Assembly: GCF_009914755.1 (NCBI RefSeq)
Contig: NC_060947.1
Length of the DNA: 64,000 bases
Source: the human T2T-CHM13v2.0 reference genome, Homo sapiens
Strand: one strand, 5' to 3'
Below the pieces are notes generated by a model. That model searched no databases, was not told the DNA's origin, and saw nothing but the letters and a program-made list of their open reading frames with translations. Of this stretch, positions 39,590 to 54,049 are shown piece after piece; the first letter of the stretch is position 1; the number at the start of each line of letters is the position of its first letter. A program made the position numbers and the translations under genes.

Positions 39590-40620
39590 GACTTGTTGAG
39601 TTTAAAGAGCTAATGAAATATCTAGGTTGTTGTCAGTGATGACAGGTCTGGCAGGCAGCCACAGATGCACGTTTGGAGCTCTGGGGAGAAGCTGGAGTTA
39701 CAGAGTTAATTTGAGTGTGTTTTCTTTGCATAGGGGTGAGTACTGAAGCTAAAAGAGTGTAAGGGACCTCAAAGGTGATGCTCCTCAAAGCATCAGGCCA
39801 TGTCAAGAGGAGACACTTGTGGCAGAATGTAATTCATTGCACTGCTTCCTTCACTGAGAAAGCTTTGTTACCAAAAAAATGCCAGCTGAACTAATGTATG
39901 TGTTTAGCGATGTGAGTGATTTACATTCTGGACAAGCTCCTTATCTTGTCGTGAACCAATAACTGACAGTTTGCTGATGGGCATTGGTACATGGACTACA
40001 GTTTGAGTAGCAGCTCTCTGTGGAAGGAAGAATCTAGCAAGAGAAGAGATTTCAGTTGTGAACCTTTGGATGTGACCATACTTGGAGGGGGTAGAGGAGA
40101 AAGACTTATCAAAAGAAAAAGAAGTAATAAGATACTGAATTAATGTACAGTGTTCCCGGGTCAGGTGAGAGAAAGTTTCGAGTGGTCAACAGTGTCAAAT
40201 GCCATGAATAGGTGGTGGATGAGAGAGGGAAAGCCACTGGAGTTAACTCTGTGCATGTGTGCACATGTGTATGCTTGCTTATATTTGGAAAGACCTACAA
40301 TGTTACTGAGTTCTTATTCTGTGTCAGGAACTGTGTCATGTGCTCTACAAGTATGACCTCATTTCTTGGGTTGACTGATGAAAAATAAAAGAGTGTATGA
40401 CAGTGGTAGGGATAGAACCAGAGTGCTGGAGGTTAAGGAAAGGGTGAGTGGGTGGATACAGGCAGTCATTGCAGAGAAGAAAGGTGATGCAAAGAAGGAA
40501 ATAGAATGTTAGGTAGAAATGTAAGAGGAAGGGAAGTCTAGGGAGCTCACTTAGGATGACTTTGATTTCAGTAAGGTGGGAGGCAAGATTGAGTAGAGGG
40601 AGCATGAAAGAGCAAAGAAG
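39590..40620 (-). mobile_element. L2 fragments with a probable hAT-Charlie MITE at ~39770-40012
   Basis: tttggagctctggggagaag; gagtggtcaacagtgtcaaatgcc; Charlie-like end tggactacagtttgagtagcag. Confidence 0.5.
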
Positions 40621-40980
40621 GTATGTGACAGATGTTGTGGGGAATGTGATGGGGGAGCCAAAAGCTACATGTGTAAAATGATATAATCGAGACCTCTTCT
40701 ATCAAGGCTCAGAAGGGCAGAAAACACAAATACAGAGGGCAGAGGTTACTTGTGTATTGGCAAATGGTTAAGGTGGTTGAGAAATTGGTGCTCCCAACCC
40801 CCTATTCACTTTTTCTTAATCTTGAATTTACAATAGCTTGATTTCTTTCAAGATCCTATTTCAAAAAGACAATTGTGACAGCTAAAAATCCCTCCTCTAG
40901 ATTGGGATGTCATTGATGTGTTGTCAGAGAAAGCTTTGGAGGCTTCCAGCTCCCCTCCACCTTCAAGAAATCTGAAAAGA

Positions 40981-41329
<349 letters not shown>

Positions 41330-41829
41330 CTAAGTGGCTTTCATGCAGAAAAGATAACAGGGAGTGTGTCTGACCTACAAAGAGATGGAAGATTGGTATA
41401 GGGTGATGCTATCACATGAAATAGTCTGGGGCTAGGGACAATTGAAGAGATTATACTGCGGAATGAAGAGTAAGCCTGGCTGATTAATAGCAATACGAAG
41501 ATGACAGCCACTGAGCTCAGGGATCATAAAATTCCTAATAGTGTTTGCAGTGTGACTCTCAAATCATTTCTGTGCAGATTCTGTCTGGCTAGTGAGTACT
41601 GGAAATTTCAGATATTCATAGGTTCTTATCCCCATCTAAGTCTTCGAAGAGTTTGAAATCCACTGTGCTTTCTTTTCCCCTCACCTTGTTTTTCCTTTAT
41701 CCCTTCCCTTGAGTTCTTTCTTTTATAGATTTTGCTGGGTACATTTAAGTTTGTAAGCTACACTGAGAAAGAGCAGTTCTGAACACAGTCATGAGTGAAG
41801 GCAATGAATTGGCTATTTCAAGGTTGAAC

Positions 41830-42240
41830 TGGGGAGTCAGCTTTGCTACTAACTGGCCATGTAAGCTTGGACAAGTTGTTTCCCTCTCTGGACTTCAGTT
41901 TCCACATTTTTTAACTGAAGGGCTTAAACTAGATGAACTAAGGGTGTGTATTAGAAGTGAAAGGCAGTATGTTTTTGAAAATCTGGATACCCAGGTCCCC
42001 TTGTTGGAGCCTCATTAGATATGGAGTAGGGCCCAGGTATCTGTGGTTTTATAAAGTGATTTAATTCCCCCTTTAACTTCTGCCATGATTGAGGGCTTCC
42101 TGAGGCCTTCAGCAGAAGAAGATGTTAGCACTATGCTTCTTGTACAGTCTATAGAACCATGAGCCAAATAAACCTCTTTTCATTATAAATTACCCAGCAT
42201 TTGGCATTCTTTTATAGCAATGCAAAACAGACTCACACAA
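41830..42240 (+). mobile_element. Cluster: MIR (~41830-41945), MER5-like piece, MST LTR 3' fragment (~42070-42240)
   Basis: ttggacaagttgtttccctctctggacttcagtttcc; ctgccatgattgagggcttcctgaggcc...aaattacccag...ctttatagcaatgcaaaacagac. Confidence 0.7.
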
Positions 42241-43604
42241 GGGATCTCCAGTTCTAGCATAATATGAGGGGAGGGTCAGGGGAGCGGGGGGTAAAGAAAG
42301 AGAGAGCACATACACGTTTTACTCTCTGGAAAGGAGGCTATCTATTATTTACACAATTGAAAACTGGGGAGCCAAGACAATAGTGTAATATTTTCACATT
42401 ATTAATGTATAGATGGGTTTTGAAAGACTTAGCAGTTAATGCACATGGACACTCACCTGCCTTTCCCAAAGAAATAACTAAATTGGAAAAGAAACAGGGC
42501 AGAATAAAAGCAGGGCCTTCTTCAGGTAATGAATATAGACATGTACCAGTCATGGGCTCAACCCTCAAGAAGCTTGAATTTTGTGCCCCATCTTTTCCTA
42601 GCTTTCTGACACTTGGTAAGAACTCCCAGACTCACTGACACTTAGGTATTCAGACTTACTGTGTTTAGAAGTGTTATTCTGCCAGGGAAATTTGCATTTT
42701 GAGGAACCTATGCCAAAGAACTGCATTTTGAACCAATGTTTATGGGAGAAATGTGGGGAAAGGCTGCCTGCCAGGAGGCTGAAATCTGGTTTTTGGATGC
42801 CCATGATGATGTGGGGGGAACCAAATAATTGAAAGTCTATAGTGGAAATGGATGCCTGCAATGGGCGTCAAGAATAGGGCAGGGGGCTTTAAGAAGCAGT
42901 GGGGAGTGGGCCTTTGTATAAACCCTACATGGTGAATTGTTCACTCCAGTAGTAGCTGGACTAGAGATAGGAGGTTAAGGAAATCAATGTGGATGCTTCA
43001 GGGTGAAGAATTCCTAAGCACAAATTTTAGTTTGTGGGACAACTGAGAGGGCACACATATCCAAGTTCCATCCTTTTTGAAATGGATTGTTGATAAGGCA
43101 GTATTTCATAGTTGTTCCACTGAAAGGAAAAGTCCATCTCAGCCAAGTGGACTGTAAAATCAGACCTACAAGCTCCTTATCTCCCAGTAACTCCCAAATC
43201 CCTAAGGTGTGAGCTCAGGCCTGACCCAGTGCCAACAATGTGGCTTGGATGTGGCTAGAAAAGCCCCAAGCACTCCCCAGGGCTGGCTATTTGCCATGTG
43301 GCTCCATTAGCAGTCAAGAGGAGATTCTCCTCTAGGGCCTTCTTGTTGCACAGAGTAGTTGCACAGTCTCAGGATAAAGAGCTGGCTTATAGCTATTTGT
43401 GACTGGAGGGGCAAGTTCTTTACTCTAAAAAAGCGACCCTACTCATTGCCCCTCTCTAGGCAGACGTGCACTATCTCAGCTTCCATAATTCTCTATTTAA
43501 AATGCAGTTGCTCTGCAAGCATTCACACCTTATTATCATCTAAAATCTCTTGAGCTGCTTTTAGATGCTTTTTGAGAGTGAAGCTCTGGGTTAACAGTTT
43601 AATG

Positions 43605-43787
43605 CAGTGGTATTTCGCATGGTCCGCAGACCAGCAGAAGCAGCAGCAGCATCATCTGGGTACTTGTTAGGCATGTAAACTCTCAAGCTCTACCCAGACC
43701 TAAAACTCTAGACATGAAGCACAGTAACTTGTGTTTTAACAAGTGCTCTAGGTCATTCTGATGCATGCTAAGGTTTGAGAACCCCTG
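43605..43787. mobile_element. MER5A (hAT-Charlie MITE)
   Basis: cagtgg...accagcag..gcatcatctggg.acttgttag...gttttaacaag...gattctgatgcatgctaaggtttgagaacccctg; degenerate 8-bp TSD gtttaatg / gcataatg. Confidence 0.85.
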
Positions 43788-43794
43788 GCATAAT

Positions 43795-44220
43795 GAGAGG
43801 AATTTGGGCTTTGGGGCCAGACACACCTGGGTTTGAATCTGATCTCCATACTACCTAGGTAACCTAGGATAATGACAAGAGCTAATATTTATTGAACAAC
43901 GTGCCGTTTATCAGATAATGTGCTAAGCACATTTAAGGGCTTATCATGTACATATGTATAGGTATGTGTGTGTGTGTGTGTGCATGCGTGTAGAATTCCT
44001 ATGGATTAAGATACTGTTATTATCCTCAATTTAGAGGTGAGGAAGCTGAAGCTCTGTAAGTGAGTTGCCTGAGATCCCATAGTGGTGGTGCTCAGCTCAG
44101 GTAATCTGGCTCTAGAGTCTGAGCTTTTAAATTTCTACTCAACCTAAGCCTCAGTTTCCTCATTTGTAAAATGAGGCTAGTATTACCCTACTTTGGAGTT
44201 TTGAAGAATAGAAATAATAT
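43795..44220. mobile_element. MIR (+) interrupted by an antisense MIR
   Basis: ggctttggggccagacacacctgggtttgaatc, then antisense MIR 43870-44135, then aagcctcagtttcctcatttgtaaaatgagg. Confidence 0.7.
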
Positions 44221-44909
44221 ATCTTGAGACCAGTTCTCACTAGGCAGTCTAGAGCAAATGCTTTTAGAAAGAACCCCTTCTGTAGACTCTACAGCATAGA
44301 TGGTGCTTTTTCATAAAGATGTCACCCATAGTGTAACTAGGGCAGCAGGAGAGAGGCACAGCTGTAGGAAGAGTCACACAAGCTGCAGCTTTAATCCAGG
44401 CTAGGCCCCTTCCTGCTTACCATCCCCACCTTTCACCCAGGCCTAGTGGAGTTAAGGGAAGCAGCCCTCTCTATGGAAACTCCTCCTCTGCGGTGATTCA
44501 GGTAGACCCCAAGGGATCACCTTACTGGGAAACTGGGGCTGTACTGCACTCCTCCATCGGTGATCTCTGGTGAGAACAAGATTGACAGAGAGGCTTCTCT
44601 CCCAGACGTACCCTGCAAGCAGTTTAGAGATCCACATCCTGTTAGTGAAAATGACAGGTGACGTGGGTCTCAGAAAAATGCCTCTTCTTTTCTCATCTTC
44701 CTTATAGCTCCTAATTGGCTTGGGGAATAGGTGTAAGAGAGATTCCTTCCTATGCTTCCTATTGAAAGGTTGCCATGGAGACTTGGCCCAGCCTTTGCCT
44801 CTGCCCTATTGGCAGTCAACAAATGGCTCCTGGGCTCTTATCCTCATTATTGCAAATGCCCTTTCCAGTGGCTCTCCCCATCTCAATGTTGCCTACAGTA
44901 GAATAAAAG

Positions 44910-46940
44910 TAATTCATTCATTTAAACTTTGTTAGTTGAGAATCTGCTATGTGCCGAGCACTGTTCTAGTTCTGGAGAATCAGGGGTGAATAAAACAAAT
45001 GCCTGTTGAACTAAATTAAATTGAATCAGATTGAACGGCTCATCCCTGGGCGAGACACTGAACTAACTCAGTGATGCAGAGGATCCCAATTGATTTCACA
45101 ATAATTCATTTCACAAATATTTATTAAGCACTTACTCTGGACAAAGCACTATTCTAGCTGCTGAGGATACAGCAGTGTCTAAAGCCTTTGCTTTAAGAGA
45201 ACGTACTTTCTTAAAGAGGAAGACATAAAATAAGTAAATATATAAATAGGATAATGATATTAGATGATTATAAGTGCTATGAAGGTAATAATTTAGAAAA
45301 TGACTAATGGGATATAAGGCTACTTTAAACAAAGAGGTCAGATCTCCTAATGAATCTTATTTGAGATCAGAAAGATGAAAAGCAACTGGCCATGGGAAGA
45401 TCTAAGGGAAGAACACTCCAGGCAGGGAAACAGTATTTGCAAAGTCTCTAAGCTGGAAATACCTTGGCTTATTCAAGGGACTGAAAGAAAACTGGAGCAA
45501 GGTAAATAGTAAAAAGAGTTAGGTAGAGGTTGCATCATTCAAGATCTGCTAGATCAAGATAGTTTAGATTTTGATCTCATGTGATGTGAAGCCATTGGAG
45601 AGTTCTAGGCAGTGGACATACGTGATATGATTTGTGTTTTATAAGGATGCTCTGGAAAGCTGTGTGGAAAATGGACTGTGCGAGGAAATGAGTGGAAGCT
45701 GCGAGATCAGTGGAGTAGAGATGGCAGTGTTCCATTTAATTTTTTAAAGTTGTGACCAAGCGTGATATAAGCAACAAATTACAAAGACTGAATATGCATG
45801 CCTTGAGTTTAAATTAGTGACTTACAAAGGTGTCAGGCTATATTCATTATGCTGCCTCTCATCTCAATTAACTAGGACCCCTTCATTTTAGAGCTGAGAC
45901 CAAGGAGGTCTCTCTAATTTACAACCCTTTTTCCATTTGTAGGTACGTGTGTATGTGTCTGTGTGTTTGCATATGCACGTGTGGCATCTCAGTGTCTTCT
46001 CATCTAGTTCTCTAAAATTAATTCTGACCACACCTAATTAATATATATCCCGAAGAACAAAATAAGAAAAATTGCAAAATTTAAAGTGATCACAGGGCTG
46101 GCTATTCTTATACTTGCAGAAAAAAATCCCAAAACCCAGTTTATGAAATCTTGGACTTACAAACTAGATAAACTAGAAGATAATTATTCACATTACTCAT
46201 TATTCTTTCTTATTGTTTGCTTTCCCCAGTCACTAACTTATTCCTTTAAATAGCTATTTCCCTAGCACAATTAAGTTTTTTATTTACAAATCGTGAACCA
46301 ATCATTATTGATCATTAACTGTGTGACAGTGGGGCTAGAGGGCAGGGAAATTCAATTAAATTCGTTGAGGTCTACTTTGTACATATAAGAAAGACGGTAG
46401 GTCCTGGGGAAAGTACAAAGATAAATAAGGTAAATTTCTTGCCTCCTGGAAGCATGAAACTGTGTGAGGGAAGACAGCCAGTACACAACTAGTTATAACA
46501 TGAGGCAGCCTAGAATAGAAGTCTGTTAAAAAAAGTGCTATGAAACATGGAAAGAGCAATTTGTTCTGACTGGGAGAAATGGGGAAGGCTTCATAGAAGG
46601 GATTTTTTTTTCATTTATTCATTCAACAGCCTTCATCAAGCACCCACTATATGCCAGAAACTGTGATAGATACTGGGACTACCATGGTAAACAAGACCCT
46701 AGGCGAGCAATTACAATCTAGTGTGATCACATAGGCTATGTGAGGGAGAGTGCAGGGTGCTCTGGGAATACAAATGAATGGCATCAAGGCTAGCCTTGGA
46801 CAGGCTTGGATAGGCTTCTTGGAGGGGTTATCATGTAAGCTGAGATAGAAGAGTACAGGTTGCCTGGGTAAGAGCTGTGGTGGGAATTGGGGACAGTGTT
46901 CTAGGCAGAGGAAGCAGCATCTGGTAAGGTTTAGTGATGT
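44910..46940 (-). mobile_element. L2 fragments (44910-45000, 45100-45730, 46300-46560, 46610-46940)
   Basis: Repeated L2 3' ends (ttcattcatt..; tattaagcacttac; caagcacccactatatgccag) and ttctaggcagaggaagcagc motifs. Confidence 0.65.
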
Positions 46941-47589
46941 GCATAGGGAGAGGAAGAGGGGGACAGATAATAGTAATTTTGAATTACTGAATGAATAAAA
47001 ATAGTAATTTCCTGATATTTATTTGAATAAGCCATAGCTCGAATCTACTGCAGGAGATTTTTGTAGAACTGCTTCTTAGAAATCAGATTCTTTTCCACTA
47101 GCCACTCTTAATGAATCGTCTTTGATTAAGACAAAGGAATACCCAATAATTAATAGTGCAATAGCTCTACCACACTTCTATATTCCTGACTAGTCCTGGG
47201 AAGGTTGAGGAAGAGGGGTGAGACACCCATTCCTGGGTATTTGTTTCTTCTGCAGCAGCACTGTGTCTTGTCATTGGGTTTCAGATAATGTTCATAGGAT
47301 CATAGAAGACAGCAGCACAAAACTTTTTTTCCCCGGAGATTTGCACCCCAAACCAATCCTTGTGGATCTGCTAGAGGTGACTGCCTTCATTTGATAGCCC
47401 CTTTTGTGGGTCTTTTAGATGTTAATGAAGGTCTTAACACTTACTGACACGTTGTTGCAGAGATAATCAAGACGACCAATTTAACAAATTTCAAAAGCAC
47501 TGTCTTATAATCATTTATTATATTTAACTACTTAAACAGTCTCCACAAGTACACAACTCATTTCAAAAACTGAAAACAGCAGAACTTTA

Positions 47590-48490
47590 AAAAACTTTTA
47601 AAAATAAAATATAACAGATATACAGAAAATACATGAAACATAAATGTACAGCTAGCAAATTATTTTAAAGTGAACAACTGGCTAACCCCCACCCTGGTCC
47701 AGAAATAGAACGTTGCCAGTATATCAGAAGCCTTTTGTATGTCCCTGACCAATCATCATCTCTCTACCCACTAAATATAATTATTATCCTTTCAATGTAA
47801 TTATTTCACTGTATTTCTATTTCTTTATAGTTTTACCACCCAACTATGTATTCCAAAACTATATATAATAGTGGATACATAAAGAATATATATAGTATAT
47901 ATACAAATAATATATAATTCTGTTTTCTTTTTGAATTTATAATGTAATATACTCTTTTGGCTTATTTCACTCAGCATTGTGCTTATGAAAGTCATCCATG
48001 TTGTTGCATGTAGCTGTACAAGCATGCCATTGTGGGAATATACCACAATTTATTTATTCATTCCATTGTTTCTAGGCATGTGGATACCTTCTGTTCCTCA
48101 GTTATTATGAATAATGGTGCTTTGAAAATTCTTGTACCTGTCTTTTGACGTATATATGCACACGTTGCTTTTGGGTATGTATCTAAGACTGAATTTGCTG
48201 GGTTATAGGATGTATGTAGGTTCACATAATGCCAGTTTTCCAAAGTGATTGAGCCTATTTACATTCCCTTCAGTGGCATATGAGAGTTCTTATTGCTCCA
48301 CACCTTCACGAACACTTCATACTGCCAGTCTCTTTAATTACAGATATTCTGGTTGATATGTAGTGGTAACTGATTGTGGTTTCAATATGCATTTCCCTGA
48401 TCATTAATGTGGTTGAACATCATTTTGTGTGCTTAATTGGCCACTGGAATATCTTATTTTGTGAAGCACCTGTTGAAGTCTCTTGACCAC
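47590..48490 (-). mobile_element. L1ME/MC 3' region
   Basis: cttatttcactcagcattgtgcttatgaaagtcatccatgttgttgcatgtagc...gagagttcttattgctccacacc. Confidence 0.8.
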
Positions 48491-48539
48491 ATTTACACTG
48501 AAATAATGCAGTAATACTTCTGAGTGGATGTTAGAGATT

Positions 48540-49830
48540 ATGCAGAATTTTGTCAAGGATTGTTGAACAACCTTATGTGGCTGGAGTACAAGGTGTATGT
48601 GGGGAACCTAAACCATGGAAGATGGGAGTGATGTGATCAGATTTGCATTTTAAAATACTCTCTTTGGAAGCAGTGTAATGAATGGATTGGAGGGACTGAG
48701 ACCAGAGACAATGAAACCTGTTGGGAGGTTCTTTCAATAATCCTTATAAGAAAACAATGGTGACTACGTTAGGATTGGGGTAACAGAAATGAGGTTTGAG
48801 AGATATTCAGGAGGTAGCAGTAAGAGAATTTCTAACTGATTTGTTGGGGGGAGTGTTGGGAAATAAAGGGCCAAAAATGACTCCCACCTTTTAGAATAGG
48901 AAACACAGATGGTAGAGTTGAGATTGGATAGACAATGGATAGCATTTTTGACAAGCTAATGTTGAGGTTTCTGTGAGAAATCTGAACGGATCTCTCCAGA
49001 AGTCAATTGAAAATATGGATTTGGAGTGTGTGTGTGTGTGTGTGTGTGTGCATGCACATGCATGTGAGTGTGTGTGTATGTGTTTTTCTGTGTGTCACAG
49101 TTTCTTAAATGAAAATGGCTGACTGCCTAGTCCTAAGAATGACTGTTATTGCTTGGGAATGAAACAGAATATCTGTGCTTGAATGTTTAAGATTTATGGT
49201 TGCTTTAAATCAGGGTTTCTCAATCTCAGCGCTATTGGCATTTTGGGCTGGATGATTCTTTGTTATGGAAAGCTGTTCTGCATGTTGCAAGGTGTTTAGC
49301 AGCATCCCCGGCCTCTACCCACTGGATGCCAGTGGCAGAATCCTTCCCAGTTGTGACAACCAAAAATGTCCCCAGACATTGCCAAATGTCTCCTGTGGGC
49401 AAAAGCACCCCCATTGAGAACCAGAGCTTCAAATGTTAATTTGGGTATTATCTGTATATATTATCCTATATAAAGATAATAGGTGACAGGTGATATATAT
49501 GGAGATATATATATATGCACACACACACATATATATGTGTGTGATAATATATACAGATAATATATAGATGACAGCTGAGAGCATGAGAATGAATAAAAGA
49601 GCCCATGAAAAGCATATAGCAAAAAAAGGAAGTTGGCTAAGGATATAACCTTGAGAAATGCCTACTTTTAGGGTGTGAGTGAGAAGCTAAGAAAGACGAA
49701 TGAAGGGGAACAATCAAAGAGGTAGGAAGACAACCAAAAGACACAGAGGATTGGGAGGAAACCCCATCAATAAGGAGAAAGTGGCTGGTCAATGGAATCA
49801 AAGGGTACAGATAAGTAGACCTAGTAAGGC
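48540..49830 (-). mobile_element. L2 segment interrupted by (TG)n, MER20 and a fold-back insertion
   Basis: ggagtgatgtgatcagatttgcatttt...gaggtttgagagatattcaggagg...ggtcaatggaatcaaa. Confidence 0.6.
49211..49426. mobile_element. MER20 (hAT-Charlie)
   Basis: cagggtttctcaatctcagcgctattggcattttgggctggat...tgtccccagacattgccaaatgtc...ttgagaacc; 8-bp TSD ctttaaat / cttcaaat. Confidence 0.9.
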
Positions 49831-50429
49831 CTGGGAATAGGGGAGGCAAGGAACGGCTGTACTTTGCGGGAATTAATTATTTCACATACATACAGGACAG
49901 TGCCAGGCACGATACTGTGGAATAGTCATATGTTACCTCCTAAGGGGGAATGCTGCTGCCAAGGGCATTATAAAGGAGTAAACTATTAAAATACTTATCT
50001 CATTGTGCTGTAATAATTTGTTTATGTTTATTTATTATCTGATCTTCCTTGTGAGAATCTAGAGATAGTGACTTAAATATTATTCATCTTTGTATCTGCA
50101 ATACCTATTGAGAGTGTGGCTTATAAATGGCTCAATAAATATGGGTTGAGTGAAGATATGAAAGTGTAATTTTCTTCCATTGTATTCCTTTGGGGCCAGA
50201 GAAATAACCAGAAAAAAATTTTGGCACATAGACCCATGAATTTGGATTAGGCAAAACAACTATGATGAGCTGTTTAATCAAAGGGGCTATGAGACTTCAA
50301 TCAGATATAGAGACAAAGGAGAAATTGGTAAACTGGAAGTAAGGGAGAAGTTCACCATCTTGATGAGGGTGAAATGACAGAGATAGAAGGATTGGAAGGA
50401 GGTTTTAGTCAGAGAAGAGGTTTTCCAAG

Positions 50430-51030
50430 AGGAAACAGTCACTGAGTTCCTACTCTGTGTCAGCACTGTGTTGGATTTGTCACTGACACCTTAGTAAATA
50501 AATAAGTGGATAAATAAGAAAATTGGCACACATTGTTATAATTTATCCTCATAATGGCTCCATGGAGATGAAATGAGGCTCATAGTGGTTAAGTAACTTA
50601 TTTCACATTCATCCATCAGACCCGATATAGGCCACTTAGTTGCAGCCAAGTGAAAGACTGGGCCCTCCCAAAGAAAGCTAGTGGGCCAGAGGGATATGCC
50701 AGGCTACGTTTCAGACTCTTCATGGGGAGGATAGAGAAATTCCCTAAGGAAGAAGCTTTAAATCACAGTTATCAGGAGGGTATGGCAAACTGCAATGGGA
50801 CTGGGCAGCTAGAGTTTCTAGGCGGAGTTGATAACTTGCAATATATGCAGGTTCAAATCCTGCATTTGTCATTTCCCAGCAAGTCACTTCAACTCTCTAA
50901 ATCTCAGTTTTTAATCTGTAAAATCGTAAACTGAACCTTACAGGTTGCCATGAGGATTATATGTGACAATAGATATAAGGAACCTTTGCAAACTAGAGTG
51001 TGTTATGCAAATGTTAGGTGTCATTATCAT
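50430..51030. mobile_element. MIR fragments (~50430-50610 antisense; ~50850-51030 sense)
   Basis: aagtcacttcaactctctaaatctcagtttttaatctgtaaaat...ggttgccatgaggattatatg. Confidence 0.65.
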
Positions 51031-53582
51031 CTCCTACTTCTTTTTCCATTAAGGCAATTCTAGGGACTCTTTCTATCCTGTGCAAGATGGGATCCATTTC
51101 GGCAAACTGCATGTAAACCCTTTAATATAATATGCAGAGATATATTTATTTTCTTGAAAAAAAATAGAAATGCCTTAAAATTGGCATTTGTCCTAAAATG
51201 TTAGGTCACACTGCATGCACCAGAGCTGTCTTCCTGTAGTAGGAACATCTTCAGGGGTTTTTCCAGCAAGGCAGGTTTACTAAGAACAGAGTATTCTGAT
51301 TCCCAGTATGACCTTTGGGGTCAAGACACTTTCTGGGAGGAGAAGATGGAAGGAGTGAATAAGCAGCCCTGTCGTGTGTTCTCCAAAGTAATAAGCAACC
51401 TTCAGCCATCATTGCTGGAAAGTTGCTGCTCTCCATTTCTACCATAAGGCAGTTCGTTGGAGAATAAGATCAAGCCACGATTTATCTGGAGAGTACTTGG
51501 AATTTCCAGGTATTTAAACCACTTGCTCTGTATGTCTTGAACACCTACTATGTAGCTAGCTTTGTGCCAGTTGTGAATAACTGCTCTATACCCCTGATGA
51601 ATGCACAGGAAAGGCAGAAAACCCTGTCATCAGACTCTCAGAGCAAAATGGATCCCACAAGCAGAGCAGCTGGAGTCCTGAGAAGGCAGCCATTATTGGG
51701 ACTTGATATGATCTGCAGGGCAAAGCCTTAGTGAAGATAGAGATAGGAATAAATTTGGCTAGGTTTCTCATATCTCTGTGGAAATTTTAATTTTCTTGCT
51801 TTCACCCAGCTTTCTATAGGAGTATGCATGCACATGCATGTGCACACTCACACATGCACAACACACATCCTGGATCATACAAATACCTTTCTTGAATACT
51901 CAGTATGTGCCAGGCACTGAACTAGGCATTGAGGGCACAATGATGGCCAAAGCTATGCCTCATTTGGCTCTCCACATCAGGCTCTTAAAATAGCTGGACC
52001 TCAAGTACTTTTAATCTTCAGTCTTCACAACTCGCTTCTTATTCTTGGCCCCAGCCTCCTTAGGGCTTCATTTTCTGGTTTTTCTTTTTCCCCATCACTT
52101 TTTTTTACCATTTCCCCCCACCACTTGCTTGTCCTCTTTATTTTGAGCCAATTGACAAATAAATGCAAATATCTACAGCTCAACCCTAAAGACATCCCTG
52201 AGTCGCCCCTTGCAGTTACTCCAGACTGTGTTCTACCCTAGAGCCCTCTTTCGCTGCCTTAGCCCTGCAGCAGGCAGAAAGCAGCACTGCTGGTTTTCTT
52301 CTCTGTCTTCATCATTGTTACATCAAATGTTCCGAAGTGTCTAAAGTCCCTCTCTCATCCCTTTTCCCTCCTCCTCCACTCCTCTGCCATGTTTGTTAGT
52401 TCTTCATCTCTTCATCAAAAATCTCTTCAGCCTCCATGTCTTATTTTTCAGTGGCAATGAGCTTTCAGGCCATCTCATTCTTTTTCTCTGGGTTTTTGTC
52501 TAGTTCTCTGATTTCTAGTCTTTTCTCAGCTAGATATAAAACATGATCTAACTCTGGACAGCTAAAAAATATATATAGTGCCTATTTTGCTGCCTGGATT
52601 TAATCAGATTACATGTTTATATGTGCCTTAGAGTGCCTTCAGAGAATCAGGTCCATTCTTAATTGTATGCGCTAATTGAGGTTATCATTGGTACTAATAA
52701 GCTCAGAATGATGTCCTTTTGGCTTAGAGATGTATTTAAGAATTTGTTTTACAGCCACCTCTGTTCCTAATTCTGTTTTTCCTGGGCTGATATTAGAATG
52801 AGTTTGCATTTCCCAAGCACACAAGCATTGTTGGCAAAGGGAGGAGGGAGCCTGGTGGTTGAGAGTGGAGGCGCCTGGATGCAGCCTCTGCATTGGAGGA
52901 GGGGCAAACTCGGACTCTAAATGACCACAGATAATTCAGAAAATAAAGGATCCACAGGCTGATAATCAAGTGGCGAATGTGCTTTAAACACTGCGGCAGG
53001 CTTCAAGCTATGATGAAGTGTTTTTTTGGAGCTGCTCTTGTTGCAGCTGTGAGGTTGCTTTTCGTGACAGAGCAGAGCAGTACTGGGGACACTAACTAGG
53101 CTGCAGAGGCCAGCCTTTGAGGGGCCACTAGCAGGTCTAATGTCTAGTGTCTAAAGGGTGGGGCAAGCACAGGCCATCAGAAAAAGCTGATTGAGACTCA
53201 GAGGCCCAAAGGGTAGAGGGGTTCTCACAGTCAGGGAATTTTGGAAAATTAACTTATTCACTGTAGTCTCTACTAGGAACTGGAAGGTTCAGAGATCTAG
53301 GTCCAGCCTTATCCATATGGACTAAGATTTGGAGTAGGGCTTTAGGACCAGAGGAATATCCAATGTTAAGAAGGACATGAAGACAGACAGATAGACACTC
53401 TGTTGTACTTCCTGAGTTAACATAGAGAAGTTGGAGAAAGTGGGAAGGAAGATAGGGATTAGGGAAGTGCTGTAACTCAGAGGTTATACAAAAACTTTGT
53501 GTTTAGCCCTAGCACTGCCAATGAATTGCTAGTGAAGCTATTTTAGGTCCCACCAAGTGGTAGGGCTAAGGATGCAGATACT

Positions 53583-53750
53583 ACTGATATTTCATCAAAT
53601 TAAAGATGCATGCTTCTGTTTTCTTTGAAGACAAAATTGGCCTTGCAATCAATGACATTTTACAATGGCTCTTAGTCATTTTTCATTTTTGGTGTTTTTG
53701 AAATTTGTATGCAACTTCTACTTGATGCCATTTTAGACTTGAAATGTACT
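53583..53750. mobile_element. MER104-like TcMar-Tc2 MITE
   Basis: Left end tatttcatcaaattaaagatgca and right end tgatgccattttagacttgaaat resemble the MER104 termini. Confidence 0.5.
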
Positions 53751-54049
53751 ATATACCTTGCCACAATTGGCTCATGATAAGGACAGGGCTGAGCTTGCAG
53801 TGACTCTAGCTGTGAAGGGTTGAGCTAATGAGGGTTGCTGTTCCTTTAGAATTTTGACAGCCACATCCCACTGTTGGCTCAAATAGGGGCACTGTCAAAA
53901 CGAACCACAAATCTATACAGATCTTACAGGATCACAGGCTGATATAAGACACAGTTCTTCATTCTGCATTGCACCACTGGTCCTTGGGACCCAGGGGGAA
54001 TCCTTCGCATACATTACTGTTAAATTTAACCTTGTTTCATTTAACTCAT

